Assembly (NCBI GenBank): GCA_043228905.1
Contig: JBHGNT010000077.1
Span: 42,707-106,706, forward strand
Direction: 5' to 3'
Source of the DNA: Azolla caroliniana
Lineage: Eukaryota; Plantae; Polypodiophyta
Length of the DNA stretch: 64,000 bases
Notes under the pieces: generated by a model
Databases searched by the model: none
What the model was told of the DNA's origin: nothing
What the model saw: only the letters and a program-made list of their open reading frames with translations
Program-made: the position numbers and the translations under genes
In this document: positions 24,548 through 36,779 of the stretch, piece after piece
Layout: each line of letters starts with the position of its first letter
Position numbering within the stretch: the first letter of the stretch is position 1

Positions 24548-27500
24548 GGGATGAAGGAAAAGGGAAATAAGAGACTAGTAGGAAAGGAGGGAGACAGAAG
24601 GAAGAGGGAGACTAGTAGACAAAATCGGTTCAAACTGTCAGGAACTCTATTAAGGCAGAGAAGGAATTAGTACTAAAAGAAGGATTAGTACTATTGTTGG
24701 GGAATAGTACTAAGACAGAGAAGGATTAGTACTATGAGAGGTGTCGAACTTTGAGAGAAGGAATGAGTGAGAGAGAGAGAGAGAGAGAGAATGATGATGC
24801 GAAAGATATATGTATTATATGACGGAAGATATACAACAGTAGTTAGAAGGCTTAAGACTGGCGTTGAACCGATTTGGTTCGAACTAATGCCTTGTGCCTC
24901 CTTTTATAGTGTCTTCAGGAATACTCCTGAAGTTTCTAGAATGTTCCAGAGAAATCTGGAATATACATCAATTTCCCAATAAAACCTAAATGAAAATAAT
25001 ATCCTTCAAATTACAATTCATACCCTAATGGTAAAGTCTCGACCCGTGTAACAAAAGGTTATGGGTTCGAGTCTAGTTATGACACTCCACACCGTTCCGG
25101 AGACCATGGCGGTTCGAGCCGACGCGGCGACGTAAGACCATGGAGAAGGAAGGTGGCGGCGAGAGGACGAGGGCAACGCGAAACGACATGGGACGGCAAT
25201 CAGGACGACGCGAATGATCAACGGAGGCCAAGCGGGCCACTATGGGCATGCCTCAAGCGGGGGACATCGGGCCTATGGCGGGAAGCGGGGCGTTCATACG
25301 GCCGAACGAGGGCCAACGGAAGTACGAGTACTACGAAGATTGCGGCAGAGGACCCATCGGCAGGTCGAACGAGCCTACGGGGAGGCGTGCGCGAAGGAAG
25401 ACTCGGAGCCGACGGATCAAACCGGCAGCGAGCCGAGATGCGGATCACGAGAGACCGGTTTCTCGCCGGCCAAAATCTCTCACCCTTCAACCAGATTTGG
25501 CACGTACCGGTGGACGTGCAATTAGGTGGGGGCGGATGTCGTGAAGAATTTCGGCCAGAGGCGGAAACCGGGAAACATTGGCTACCTCGGCGGGGTGCAG
25601 CGTGTGTACGCACCCATGTATATTTAGTGTGAATATCGAGGGCGCCTTTATGGCGCCGAAGAGTAGTCAAGTCGGGATAGACGATCCCATGTAAGTCGGG
25701 ATTTGTCCCACATTGTAACGCATCTCTTTCCTTGTTCTATAAAAGGAAGGGAACGCCCTTTGCGTAAGGGTTGCCCATTTTGCATTAGAGGGTATACCGT
25801 TAGGTTTAGAGTTAGGTTTCTTCTCCTTCTTCTCCCCCCCTTCGTGTTTGCTTAGGGTTTGCTTTGGTTCGGCCTCCTATGCAAGACCCCGCTCGGCGCG
25901 ATGAGCGGAGAGCTCCCCGACGGCGGCTTGGCAGCTGACGACTACTGTAACCTACCTTGGACCGGCTCGAAGGCGGGAATGTATTCTTCTTTATATATAT
26001 GTACCTTTGCGTCTGTCTGTGTATATCCGCATCTCTGTTGGTGTCGGGTGCTCCCCCTTCCCTGCGTTTCCTGTACATAAGGGCGTGAGTCGGGTCGGGC
26101 TGTGTGTGCGTGTGTGTGCGTGAGTCGGTGTTAAGCACGCTCTCTCTCTCTCTCTCACACTCTCTCTCTCTCTCTCTGTTTGGTTGCTTCCGGGGTGTCC
26201 CCAGGATGCCCCAGAAACAGTGAAGCACGACTTCCTACGCTCCATCACTCCCTAGTCCAAGACCCCCGTGGTCCCGCCTTTCTCCACGCACGCGCGTAAC
26301 AACGCGACATCGCGAAGGCACTGACGCCCTTGATAGGGCTATCGAGGCGGTTGTCGGTACGATCAGCCGGTTTAGTGGGAAGGATGCCACGAGCTACTTG
26401 GCGTCCTACCGGGCTGAGATGGTAATGAGGGACATTCCGAAAGAGAGGCGTCTAGCCGGATTTCCTCGGGTGGCAATGCCGGGTATCCATACGGAGGTGC
26501 TCGAGGTACGGGCCGAGAGCCGGACCTGGGAGGAGTTCGAAGGTCGGCTCCTCGAAAGATACGGGCTTGAAGATGCGCTTCGACTTTCGAAGCGGGACTT
26601 CATGGAGTGGGTGGAGACCCCCGACAAAGGAAGGAACGCGTCAATGCTCCTTCGGGAGTTTGAGGAACGCTTCGCGCGCCTCTCGGTGCTTGACCGGACC
26701 ATTCTGGACACAAGCCGTGTCCTATTGTTTGTTAAGTCGGTTGACGAGCGGGATCGGGAGCAGGTAGGCCTCCTATTGGAGACTGATGACGGGCTGACGG
26801 CCAACTGGGCCATGGTGAAAAGGGTCTGTGCCGTTTCGACAAACGGCGGGAATGGGTTGACAAAGGATCGACAGGGGCGGGCTCTGTTGCAGCAAAGAAG
26901 CTCGAGCCAACACCGCCAACGTGAAGGGAAGAGACCCGAGATTGGCTCGAGACCGGGTCGGCTTCAACCGGCATGGTTAAGGGCTCGACCGGGGGAGCAG
27001 CTTTGGAGGAGCTGACGCGGATGGTAAAGGATCTCCAGATTGCCCAGGCACGGAGGGATGGTGGCGAACAAGCCCGTGACCGACGACCTCTGGCTGAAAA
27101 CAGGTGCATGTGGTGTGACGCGGTTGGGCACATCCAGAAGGACTGCGGGGACTTCGCTGAGGCGATGAGAAGCAACGTGGTGTACCTGTGGAACGGTCGG
27201 GTGCATGCCAGCGAGACCCAAAGGGCCCTGAACCTGAACGTCGGGCGAGGGGGTATGAAAAGGCTGATGGAGGAGGCGGCGGCTCGTCACGCGGAGACCG
27301 TCCACTACTCGGCGTCAGCTGGTATTCGGGTCGGAGGTGGCGAGGCCCCGAAGACGAACAAATCCGGGTTCTGGCCGACGATGTTGGAAGGCCTCGCCGG
27401 CGCACGGCTGAGGAAAGAAGAGGTGGACCGCGCGGAAAAACGGGTCCGGGAGGTAACCGGGTTGAGTGATCCGGTGGAAGAAAAGACGGGCTTCGTCGAA

Positions 27501-29546
27501 GCCGCTTGTCAAAACTACGAGGCTCTGGTAGAGGACAAGTGGGTAGGGAAAACCAGAGGGGCCGGGCCCTCGTAGCGATATGAAACTCGATTCGGGCAAA
27601 GGCGGAATGAGGCCGGTGTACTCGGCGCCCAGGATAATCCCAAGAAGGGCGGGTACCGGTTGGGCACAGAAATCGAAAGATCCATGGACCTACGAAAGGT
27701 CCTGGAAGAACGAATCCTCCGCAGCAAGGTGGAACTGTCGCTGAGGGAAGTGCTTGGGATCGCCAAGAAGGAGTTCCACGACTCCATCGTAGACTTGGTG
27801 AAGGCCGATAAAGACTACCTGATCCGGGCAGAGGTAATTACCGAGACAGACTGCCTGCCAATTCTTGGCATGGTTTCCGGATGCGCGACGCCAGACCTGG
27901 CAATGCTCAGGTGGATAGTGTACATCAAGTCCTTGAATCCGGAAATACGACACATTTCCGGGAAAGACAACGCCATGCCCGACATGCTTTCAAGGGCGAG
28001 GTTCGAAAACGACGGCGGCATGGTTTCGGAGGACGAGGAAGTCGGCGTGGACTTCTTCGAGGTGGCTTACGTGACAACCAATGGGGAATGCTCTCCGACG
28101 CTTAACGACTTCGACGAGAGCAAGTACGACGGGAAGTGGCTGCAGATTGGCGGGTTCCTGAAAACAATGACACCGGACGCGGCATGGACAACGGACGAGG
28201 CCAACCAGATTCGGAAGAAAGCCTACCAATTCTTTCTCCGGGACGGATACATCTGGAAGCACCCGAAGAAGAGGAACGACATCCCGTTCCGAGTGGTGGC
28301 GAAGAAGGAGGAATAGGAGGGTTTGATGGCGGCGTACCACGATAGCCCGTGGGCTGGACACCGTGGAACGTGGGCCACGTTCAAAAAGCTAAAAGGGAAG
28401 TACTGGTGGTCGGGACTATACCGGGACGTGCATCGGTTCGTGGCGACTTGCAAAAGCTGCCAGGTGCACTCCATGATCCGACATCGGGACGAGCTTCACC
28501 CGACCTACCCTCCGACCATCCACTTCAAGTGGATGGTGGATTTGGTGACGATGCTGATGGGGGTAGGACAGATGCGGTATTTGGCGCTGGCTCATGAAGA
28601 TCTAACGAACCAGGTTGAAGGCCGAGCCCTGCAGAACAAGACGACGACAACTGTGTGCCGGTTTTTGATTGAGGACGTGGTATGCCGATACGGGTGCGTA
28701 GGGAAGATCGTGGCTGACCGTGGTGAGTTGGACGCAGAAGAGGCCGAAGAGTTGTTCGACCGGCTAGGAGTCAAACTTTCGCTCACCACAACGTACAATC
28801 CGGAGGCGAACGGGAAGGTGGAGCGCGGACACGGTGTCGAGGTATTCCTCGCGGATGCGTGGAATGAGGCGGAACCTCGGGGGTCCTGTACCAAAGAGCA
28901 AGAGAGGAGGGGAAGAATCCCTCTACGTGCGAGCGTAGATCCACAGGGACACGGCCCTTCGACGCAAAGACGCAAGTGGGACAGCGACACAGAAAGACAC
29001 GAATGTATGTATGTATTGACAAAGACAAACAACAAGAACACGAAGACAACAAAACACGAAGTCGGTTACAACCGAATAGGCCGGCGAACAGATGCCGATA
29101 CCTGCTCATAAACGCACAGAGAGGAAGGAGTAGGTTGGAGGTGCTGCCGGAAGCACTCGGGCATTCCTCAGAGCAGCGCGAGCCTCCCGAAACCTGCACA
29201 GAAGGAAGCTATGGCGTTTGCAAACCAGAAAGAGAGAGAGAGAGAAGCCTTCACACGCAAACCGACAACACTTCGTCCTCGACTCTCCGCCATCCTTCGC
29301 CCCTCCTCGTCTCCCTCCCTTTATAGGTAAGGAAGGAGCCGTTTCCCCTTTACTTCCTACCTACCGAATCTACCTAGGATCTCCTATGTACAACTCAAGG
29401 CGCACGTGCATGAAGAGTCGGTTTCTACGCTCCGGTGCACCGATTCCGCTCGTGGACGGTTTTCTTCACGACATCCGCCCCCACCTAACCGTGCATCCAC
29501 CGGCATGCGCCAAATTGTGCTGGGACGGAGAAAACCAGTCCAGCCT

Positions 29547-32500
29547 TCATTCTCCGCCCGTCGGTTCTTCCTCGGTTTCGGATCGCTCGTCGTCGCAGTC
29601 CAAGTCAACCGGATCCGGCTCGTCGTCGTGACGCTTCTTGAACGCTTTGATCCGCTTCCCAGCTACCAGTATCGCCATTCTCGTACCGTCGAGTTCCGCC
29701 AGATGGTACGTCCCGTTGTCGTTGGCGCTTTGTACCATGTAAGGCCCGAACCACCTTCTTGCGAACTTCCGTGTCGCTCGGTGCTGGTTATCGAGGCTGC
29801 TGTCGTAGACTAGCACCCAGTTGCCTTCCTCGATCCTCTTCGGTCAGAGCCGGTGCGTTCGGTCGAACCGGGCTTTGTTCCTCGTCCTTGCCACTCGAAG
29901 CTTTCCCGCGGCCTGCTCCACGTCCTCCGATCTTCGCTCGAGCTGTCGTATGCGCGCCGCCAACAGTTCCTCCCGGCTCATCTCGTCTCTCCAGTCCACG
30001 GTTGCCCATGAGGAGATCGTACGTTCCATCGGCATGATCGGCTTCTGCCCAAACATCAGCTCTGCCGCCATGAATCCGGTTACCGAACTATGCGTAGTTC
30101 GGTCCGCCCACAATGCGTAAGGCAACAACCGCGGCCAGTTCTCGACTTGACCTCCGCATGCCCGAACTAACGCCTTGACGATCGGTCCGTGTCCGCGCTC
30201 CACCTTCCCATTCGCCTCCGGATTGTATGCAGTGGTAAGCGAGAGCTTGACTCCTAGCCGGTCGAACAACTCCTCGGCCTCTTCGGCGTCCAACTCCTCG
30301 CGATCAGCCACGATCTTCCCGACGCACCCGTACCGGCATATCACGTCCTCGATCAGGAACCGACATACGGCCGCGGTCGTTTTGTTCTGAAGGGCCTGGC
30401 CTTCCACCTGGTTCGTCAGATCTTCCCGAGCCAAGACCAGATACCGCATCTGTCCTACGCCCATCGGCATCGTCACCAGATCTACTATCCATTTGAAGTG
30501 GATGGTCGGAGGGTACGTAGGGTGAAGCTCGTCCCGATGCTGGACTATGGAGTGCATCTGACAGCTCTCGCAAGTTGTCACGAACCGATGCACGTCCCGA
30601 TACAGTCCCGGCCACCAGTACTTCCCCTTTATCTTCTCGAACGTGGCCCGCGTTCCACGGTGTCCGGCCCAAGGGCTGTCGTGGTAGCCCGTTAGCAGCT
30701 CCTCCTGTTCTTCCTTCATTGCCACCACCCGGAGCGGGACGCCGTTCCTCTTCTTCGGGTGCTTCCATAAGTATCCGTCCCGGAGAAAGAATCGGTAAGC
30801 TTTCTTCCGGATCCGGTTGGCCTCGTCCCTTGTCCATGACGCATCCGGCGTCATTGTCCTCAAAAACCCACCGATCTGCAGCCACTCGCCGTCGTACTTG
30901 CTCTCGTCGAAGCCGTTAAGTGCCAGAGTGCTCGCCCTATCGGTCGTCACGTGCGCCGCCTCGAAGAAGTCCACGCCGACTTCTTCGTCCTCCGAAACCA
31001 TGCCGCCCTCGTCATCAAACCTCGCCCTCGAAAGCATGTCGGCCATGGCGTTGTCTTTTCCGGAAATGTGTCGTATTTCCGGGTCCAGGGACTTGATGTA
31101 CGCTATCCAACTAAGCATCGCCAGGTCCGGTGTCGCGCATCCGGAAACCATGCCGAGAATCGGCAGGCAATCCGTCTCGATAACCACTTCTGTCCCGATT
31201 AGGTAGTCTTTGTCGGCCTTTACTGCCGAAACGATACCCCAGAGTTCGCGTTTAACCTGGGCGTACCCTCGCTGTCGTTCACTGAGGACGTTCGCGCCGA
31301 ATCGGATCGGGAACCGAATGCCGTCCCTGTCTTCTTGGTTGACGACCCATCCGATCCTGGTCGGACTCGTATCCACCGTTATGTATACCGGGGTACCCTT
31401 CTCGTAGACAGCCTTCCGGAGCGCCGGTGCTGCCGCAAGAGCTTCCTTTAGCTTCCGGACCGACTCCGTGTGCTCGTCTCGCCACTCGAATTTTCGCCCT
31501 TTCTTCAGCAACCCGTATAGCGGCTCCGCAACGTGGGCGTAATGCGGGATCCATATGTGGTAGAACGCGCATGCCCCCAGGAACCTCCGAACTTCCGTAA
31601 CCGAGCTACAATCGGTCTTCATCGCTGAGATGGCTTCTACCTTTGCCGGAGACGGCTTCCGGCCATAAGGTCCACATAGGTGTCCGACCAACAGGATTTC
31701 CGATTGCCCGAAGGCCGATTTCTCCCCGGAGAAGGTGAGCCTCGCATCCTCTAGCCTCTGTAGCACCTTCTCGCAGTCGTCGATGTGTGTCGCCACGAAT
31801 CGCCGGCATCCGTCCGGCCCGACTGTCTCGTCCTTCTCCTCCACCGGGCACCCCTTGATCGGGATGTCGTCTAGAAACGGCATGGTGATGTCCGGGATGC
31901 AATCCCTCAGTACCTTGTTCATTGCATTCACCATGTGGGCCACCGAGTTGGTCCCTCCTTGCGGCAGGGTACACATTCGCACTAGGCCGAGGGGAGTTCG
32001 CATCGTCGTAATGTCTCTACTCTCTACGGCTAGCTGGAATTGGTCGTACCCCGAGTACAGATCCCCGACCGAGTAAATCGACCTTCCGGCGAAGGCCTCC
32101 GCGAACTCGTCTATGGTCGGTCCGATTCCAGCGTTCCGAATGGTCACTCTGTTGACCGGCTGCAGGTCTTGAATGAAGCGCATCGTTCCGTTTTTCTTTG
32201 GTACGGTAAACCATCGGTTCGAGTATGGGGCACTCGACGGTTCGAGAATGCCCATCTCTACTTTCTGCCTCAATAGCTCCATCAACTTCGGGATGTGAGC
32301 TCTCGGTACCGGAATCGGCTTGAGATTCCACGGCACATGCGGTACCGTGAATATCACCATCGGCTCCACGATCGTCGGGTCTACGCACCCGATCTCTTCC
32401 GGTGAGAATGCGAAGGCCTTTCCGTGCCTTCCGAGCATTCTCCGAAACCGGTCTTCCTCCGCCGGCAGTAGGAACCCGCCCCCACCGATCTTGAGCTCCC

Positions 32501-33049
32501 GGAGCGTCCCGTCGGTGAAGGTGTGTCCTATGCAGGCCGGATCTCGTAAACTGGGGTCCGACGCAACCCCTCTGATTCGGGACTCGCTGCCCTCCGGTAA
32601 GGGTGCCGCGACCGGCCTTACCTTCCGGTCCACAGTCTTGTACTTCGTGCTAACCCGGGCTGCCCGATCCGACCCGAGCCCCCGACTGAAGTTTGCGATG
32701 ACTTTGTACATCTCTTCGGAACATACAGGAATCGTCTGGTCTTCATTAAGGTCTTCTCCGGCTACCTCCCCCAGCATTCCCAAGGTGCCGTCGAAGGAGA
32801 CCGCCTCCACAGCTCCGTTGATTTCCTCGTCCGGGCCGAGAACTCCGCACGCTCGAAGTCGCACTTCCGCCCTTGTCTTTTCTCGGCCGATGATGCCGAC
32901 TATCATGCACCCTCTGTTGTTGGAGAAGCAGAATTTCCTACTTATCGTACAGGGTTCCTTCGGTTTCGGTTCTATCGTACAACTGTGGGGTCTTTCCGAG
33001 TGTCCGGACTGTCTCGGCCCCACGCCTTGGCAGCCCTCTCTAAAAATCC
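29547..33049 (-). pseudogene. D RT-RH-INT ORF (1-nt deletion near the start inferred; late stop at 29844)
   Basis: RFIQDLQPVN, DLYSGY, LPQG, PFLDD, VDTS, IETD, H..HRG/CESC, VDLV, ADR, ANGKVERGH, WFGPY. Confidence 0.92.
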
Positions 33050-35133
33050 TCCCGGTTCTCGCCACCGAGGGATTCGCGGTTCCGCTCGTGGTTCGGTCTC
33101 ACCGTCAGAAATTGGACCGAATGGTGCCCGTCCTGGCTTTTGACCCTCGCGTAGGCCGAACCGTTGTCCAACACCTTGGTCTCCATTCGCGCCGCCGTGA
33201 TGTATGGTTCTCCTAATATGACCGGGTGCGAGGACGTCTCCTGTACGAAGAAGTGCTGGTCAATCTCGACGTCGCCGATCTTGACTCGCACGTTTGGGCA
33301 GGCCCCGTGCAGTTCCTCGGTGGCGCGCGTCGCCGCCCGTATCTTCCACTCGTGCTTGGTGTTGATCGGCCACTTTCCCTTCTTATAGAAGTCCATGGAC
33401 ATCAGGTTTATTTCCGAACCGTGGTCCACCAACGCCATCACCGGTTCCTGAACATCTCCGATCTTTACCGGGGTCTCCGTGGTCGCTCGGGCCCAGTGTG
33501 GCCTCGAATAGTGGCTCTCCGCCCACTCATCTGCCAGCGCCGAGTCGTCGATGTGTGTCGTCCGCACCTCTACCGGTCTTTCCAAATCCGTCTCCGTCGA
33601 CAGCCTCTTCCGTTTCACCAAGTCTACAATGGAGTCGTGGAACTCCTTCTTGGCGATCCCTAGCACCTCCCGCAATGACAGCTCCACCTTGCTGTCGAGG
33701 ATCCGTTCCTCTAGGACCTTCCGTAGGTCCGTAGTCCTTTCTATTTCCGTCCCCAGTCGGTATCCGCCCTTCCTGGGGTTATCTTGCGAGCTGAGCCCGC
33801 CGGCATCGTTCCGTCGTTGCCCGAATCGGGTCTCGTACCGTTGTGAAGGCCCGGCCGCTCCGGCTTTCCCCACTCGTTTGTCTTCTACCAGAGCATCGTA
33901 GTTCTGGCAGGCGGCTTCTACGAAGCCCGTCTTCTCCTCGACCGGATCGCTCCACCCGGTTATTTCCCGGACCCGTCTCTTAGCGCGGTCTGTTTCATCC
34001 TTCTTCAACTATGCGCCGGCAAGACCTTCCAGCATCGCCGACCAGAATCCGTCTTTGCCCTCCTTTCGGGCCTCGCTGCCCCCGACCCGAATGCCGGCCG
34101 ACGCCGAGTAGTGGATGGCCTCCACGTGTCAGGCCGCTGCCTCTTCCATCAGTCTCTTCATACCTCCTCGCCCGTCGTTTTGGTTTAGGGCCCTTCTGGT
34201 ATCGCCGGCATTCCTCAACGCCTCCGCGAAATCGCCGCAGTCCTTCCGAATGTGGCCGACCTCGTCGCACCACATGCACCTGTTCCCTACTGCCGGCCGT
34301 CGGTCACGAGCCGGTTCGCCGCCTTCCCTTCGAGTCTGGGCGATCTGGAGATCCTTTATCGCCCGCGTCAACTCCTCCAGCGCTGCTCCTCCGGACGAGC
34401 CACTGACCATGCCGGTCGAAGCCGGGCCGGTTTCGAGCCATTCCTGGGTTTCTTCCCTTCGCACTTGCGGTGCCGGTTCAAGCCTCCTTGCTGTGACAGA
34501 GCCCGCACCGGCCGCCCCGTTGTCAGCCCATTCTCGCCGTTTGTCGAAACGGCCACAGACTCTCTTAACCGCAGCCCAGTCGGTTGTCAGCCCGTCTTCG
34601 GTTTCCAGCAAGGAGCCGACTTGATCTCTGTCCCGCTCGTCCACCAACTTGACGAACAATAGGACCCGGCTCGTATCCAGAACGGTTCGGTCAAGCGCCG
34701 AAAGGCGCACAAAGCGTTCTTCGAACTCCCGGAGGAGTGCCGACACGTTTCTTCCCTTGCCGGGGGACTCCACCCATTCCATGAAGTCCCGTTTCGAAAG
34801 CCGGAGCGCATCGTCCAACCCGTATTTTTCTAGGAGTCGGCCTTCGAACTCCTCCCAGGTACGGCTCTCCGCCCGCACCTCGAGCACCTCCGCATGGATG
34901 CTCGGCATCGCCACTCGAGGAAACCCGGCAAGACGCCTCTCTTCCAGAATGTCTCGCATCAGCATTTCTGCTCTGTAGGACGCCAAATACTTCGTGGCAT
35001 CCTTTCCGCTGAACCGGCCGATCGTACCGACGACCGCCTCAATGGCTCTGTCGAGGGCGTCGGTGCCCTCGCGTGCACTCAATATCCGATCCACGGCCGA
35101 AGCCATGGCCTCTGCAAGATCCGACCCCTTCAT
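33040..35133 (-). pseudogene. D Gag-protease fusion ORF, two in-frame stops
   Basis: ORFs 34129..35541 and 33040..34008 share a frame. CMWCDEVGHIRKDC knuckle; protease ALVDHGSEINLM...VILGEP. Confidence 0.88.
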
Positions 35134-36779
35134 CTTCTGCTCTTCTGCCGCCTCCTTCACGTTGGGTTCACCAAGATGTCGAGGTATTCCTCGCGGATGC
35201 GTGGAATGAGGCGGAACCTCGGGGGTCCTGTACCAAAGAGCAAGAGAGGAGGGGAAGAATCCCTCTACGTGCGAGCGTAGATCCACAGGGACACGACCCT
35301 TCGACGCAAAGACGCAAGTGGGACAGCGACACAGAAAGACACGAATGTATGTATGTATTGACAAAGACAAACAACAAGAACACGAAGACAACAAAACACG
35401 AAGTCGGTTACAACCGAACAGGCCGGCGAACAGATGCCGATACCTGCTCGTAAACGCACAGAGAGGAAGGAGTAGGTTGGAGGTGCTGCCGGAAGCACTC
35501 GGGCATTCCTCAGAGCAGCGCGAGCCTCCCGAAACCTGCACAGAAGGAAGCTATGGCGTTTGCAAACCAGAAAGAGAGAGAGAGAAGCCTTCGCACGCAA
35601 ACCGACAACAATTCGTCCTCGACTCTCCGCCATCCTTCGCCCCTCCTCGTCTCCCTCCCTTTATAGGTAAGGAAGGAGCCGTTTCCCCTTTACTTCCTAC
35701 CTACCGAATCTACCTAGGATCTCCTATGTACAACTCAAGGCGCACGTGCATGAAGAGTCGGTTTCTACGCTCCGGTGCACCGATTCCGCTCGTGGACGGT
35801 TTTCTTCACGACAACGGGCCAATTGTCAAAGCGCTAGTACGGGCGTGCGGAGGCCGAGTCGGGGACTGGCCACGACTGCTACCTTATGCCTTGTGGGCAG
35901 ACCGGACTACGCACAGTTCGGTAACCGGGTTCATGCCGGCGGAGCTGATGTTCGGATAGAAGCCGATCATGCCAATAGAGCGAACGATCTCCTCGTGGGC
36001 CACGGTGGACTGGAGGGATGAGATGAGCCGGGAGGAACTGTTGGCGGCGCGGATTCGACAGCTCGAGCGGAGGCCGGAGGACGTAGAGCGGGCCGCGGAG
36101 AAACTTCGGGTAGCGAGGATAAGAAACAAAGCCCGGTTCGACCGAACACACCGGCTCCAGCCAAGGAAGATCGAGGAAGGCGACTGGGTGCTAGTCTACG
36201 ACAGCAGCCTTGACAACTAGCACAAGGCTACGCGGAAGTTTGCGAGGAGGTGGTTCGGGCCTTACGTAGTAACAGGTGCCAACAGCAATGGGACGTACCA
36301 TCTCGCGGAGCTCGACGGTACGAGAATGGCGATACCGGTAGCGGGGAAAAGGATCAAAACGTTCAAGAAGTGACACGACGGTGAGCCGGAGCAAGGGGGC
36401 ATGGACAACGACGACAAGCAGCTCGAGGCGGAGGATGAACCGGTAGACGGGGAATAAAAGCAAGGATCGGTTTTCTCCCGTAGGAACCCAATTTTGGCGC
36501 ATACCGGTGGATGCGCGGTTAGGTGGGGGCGGATGTCGTGAAGAAAACCGTCCCCAGGCGCAAACCGTGTATAGTGTGTGTGAACCGACCCTTTCACATG
36601 GGCACGTCCCTTGTTGTACGGTGGATGGGTAGGCACAAAAGTTAAATCCTAGGTAGCAATATTCTGTAAGGGAAATCGAGGAGTATCTCTGTCTGAAAGG
36701 ACAGAGAGTTAATGTGATGTAAACGGGTGAGACGGCCTCCCTCCTTGAGCTATAAAAGAGAGGGAGACGGGGAGGAAAG

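Larger units (their letters stand above)
19347..25084 (-). mobile_element. Intact young chromovirus G (Tcn1-like Ty3/Gypsy)
   Basis: LTRs 19347-19801 and 24636-25084 differ by one visible substitution plus (GA)n length. TSD CTCCA, PPT AAAGGGGGGATAG, self-complementary PBS. Confidence 0.95.
15595..26309 (+). mobile_element. Non-autonomous gag-only LTR element B
   Basis: LTRs 15595-16331 and 25537-26309; same PBS, PPT and U5 end as A; divergent gag; no PR/RT/RH/INT; repetitive interior. Confidence 0.9.
28835..35813 (-). mobile_element. Ty3/Gypsy element D (full-length relative of A), inserted antisense into the A integrase
   Basis: LTRs 28835-29473 and 35177-35813 (about five substitutions seen), TSD ACGG, Trp PBS, PPT. 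The empty site restores VERGH|GPIV. Confidence 0.95.

Noticed and set aside
19347-25084. Horizontal transfer of G from fungi
   Set aside because: Tcn1-like elements resemble fungal ones, but transfer cannot be shown without a phylogeny.
32320-33216. 298-aa antisense ORF and the many other overlapping ORFs across 15-42 kb and 52-57 kb
   Set aside because: They are shadows of GC-rich gag/pol frames with no recognisable motifs, and are not conserved in AT-richer relative E.
35134-35541. N-terminal extension of D Gag (and similarly C1 41486-41593)
   Set aside because: It lies in the LTR/PBS; homology to A and E Gag starts only at the Met at 35133.
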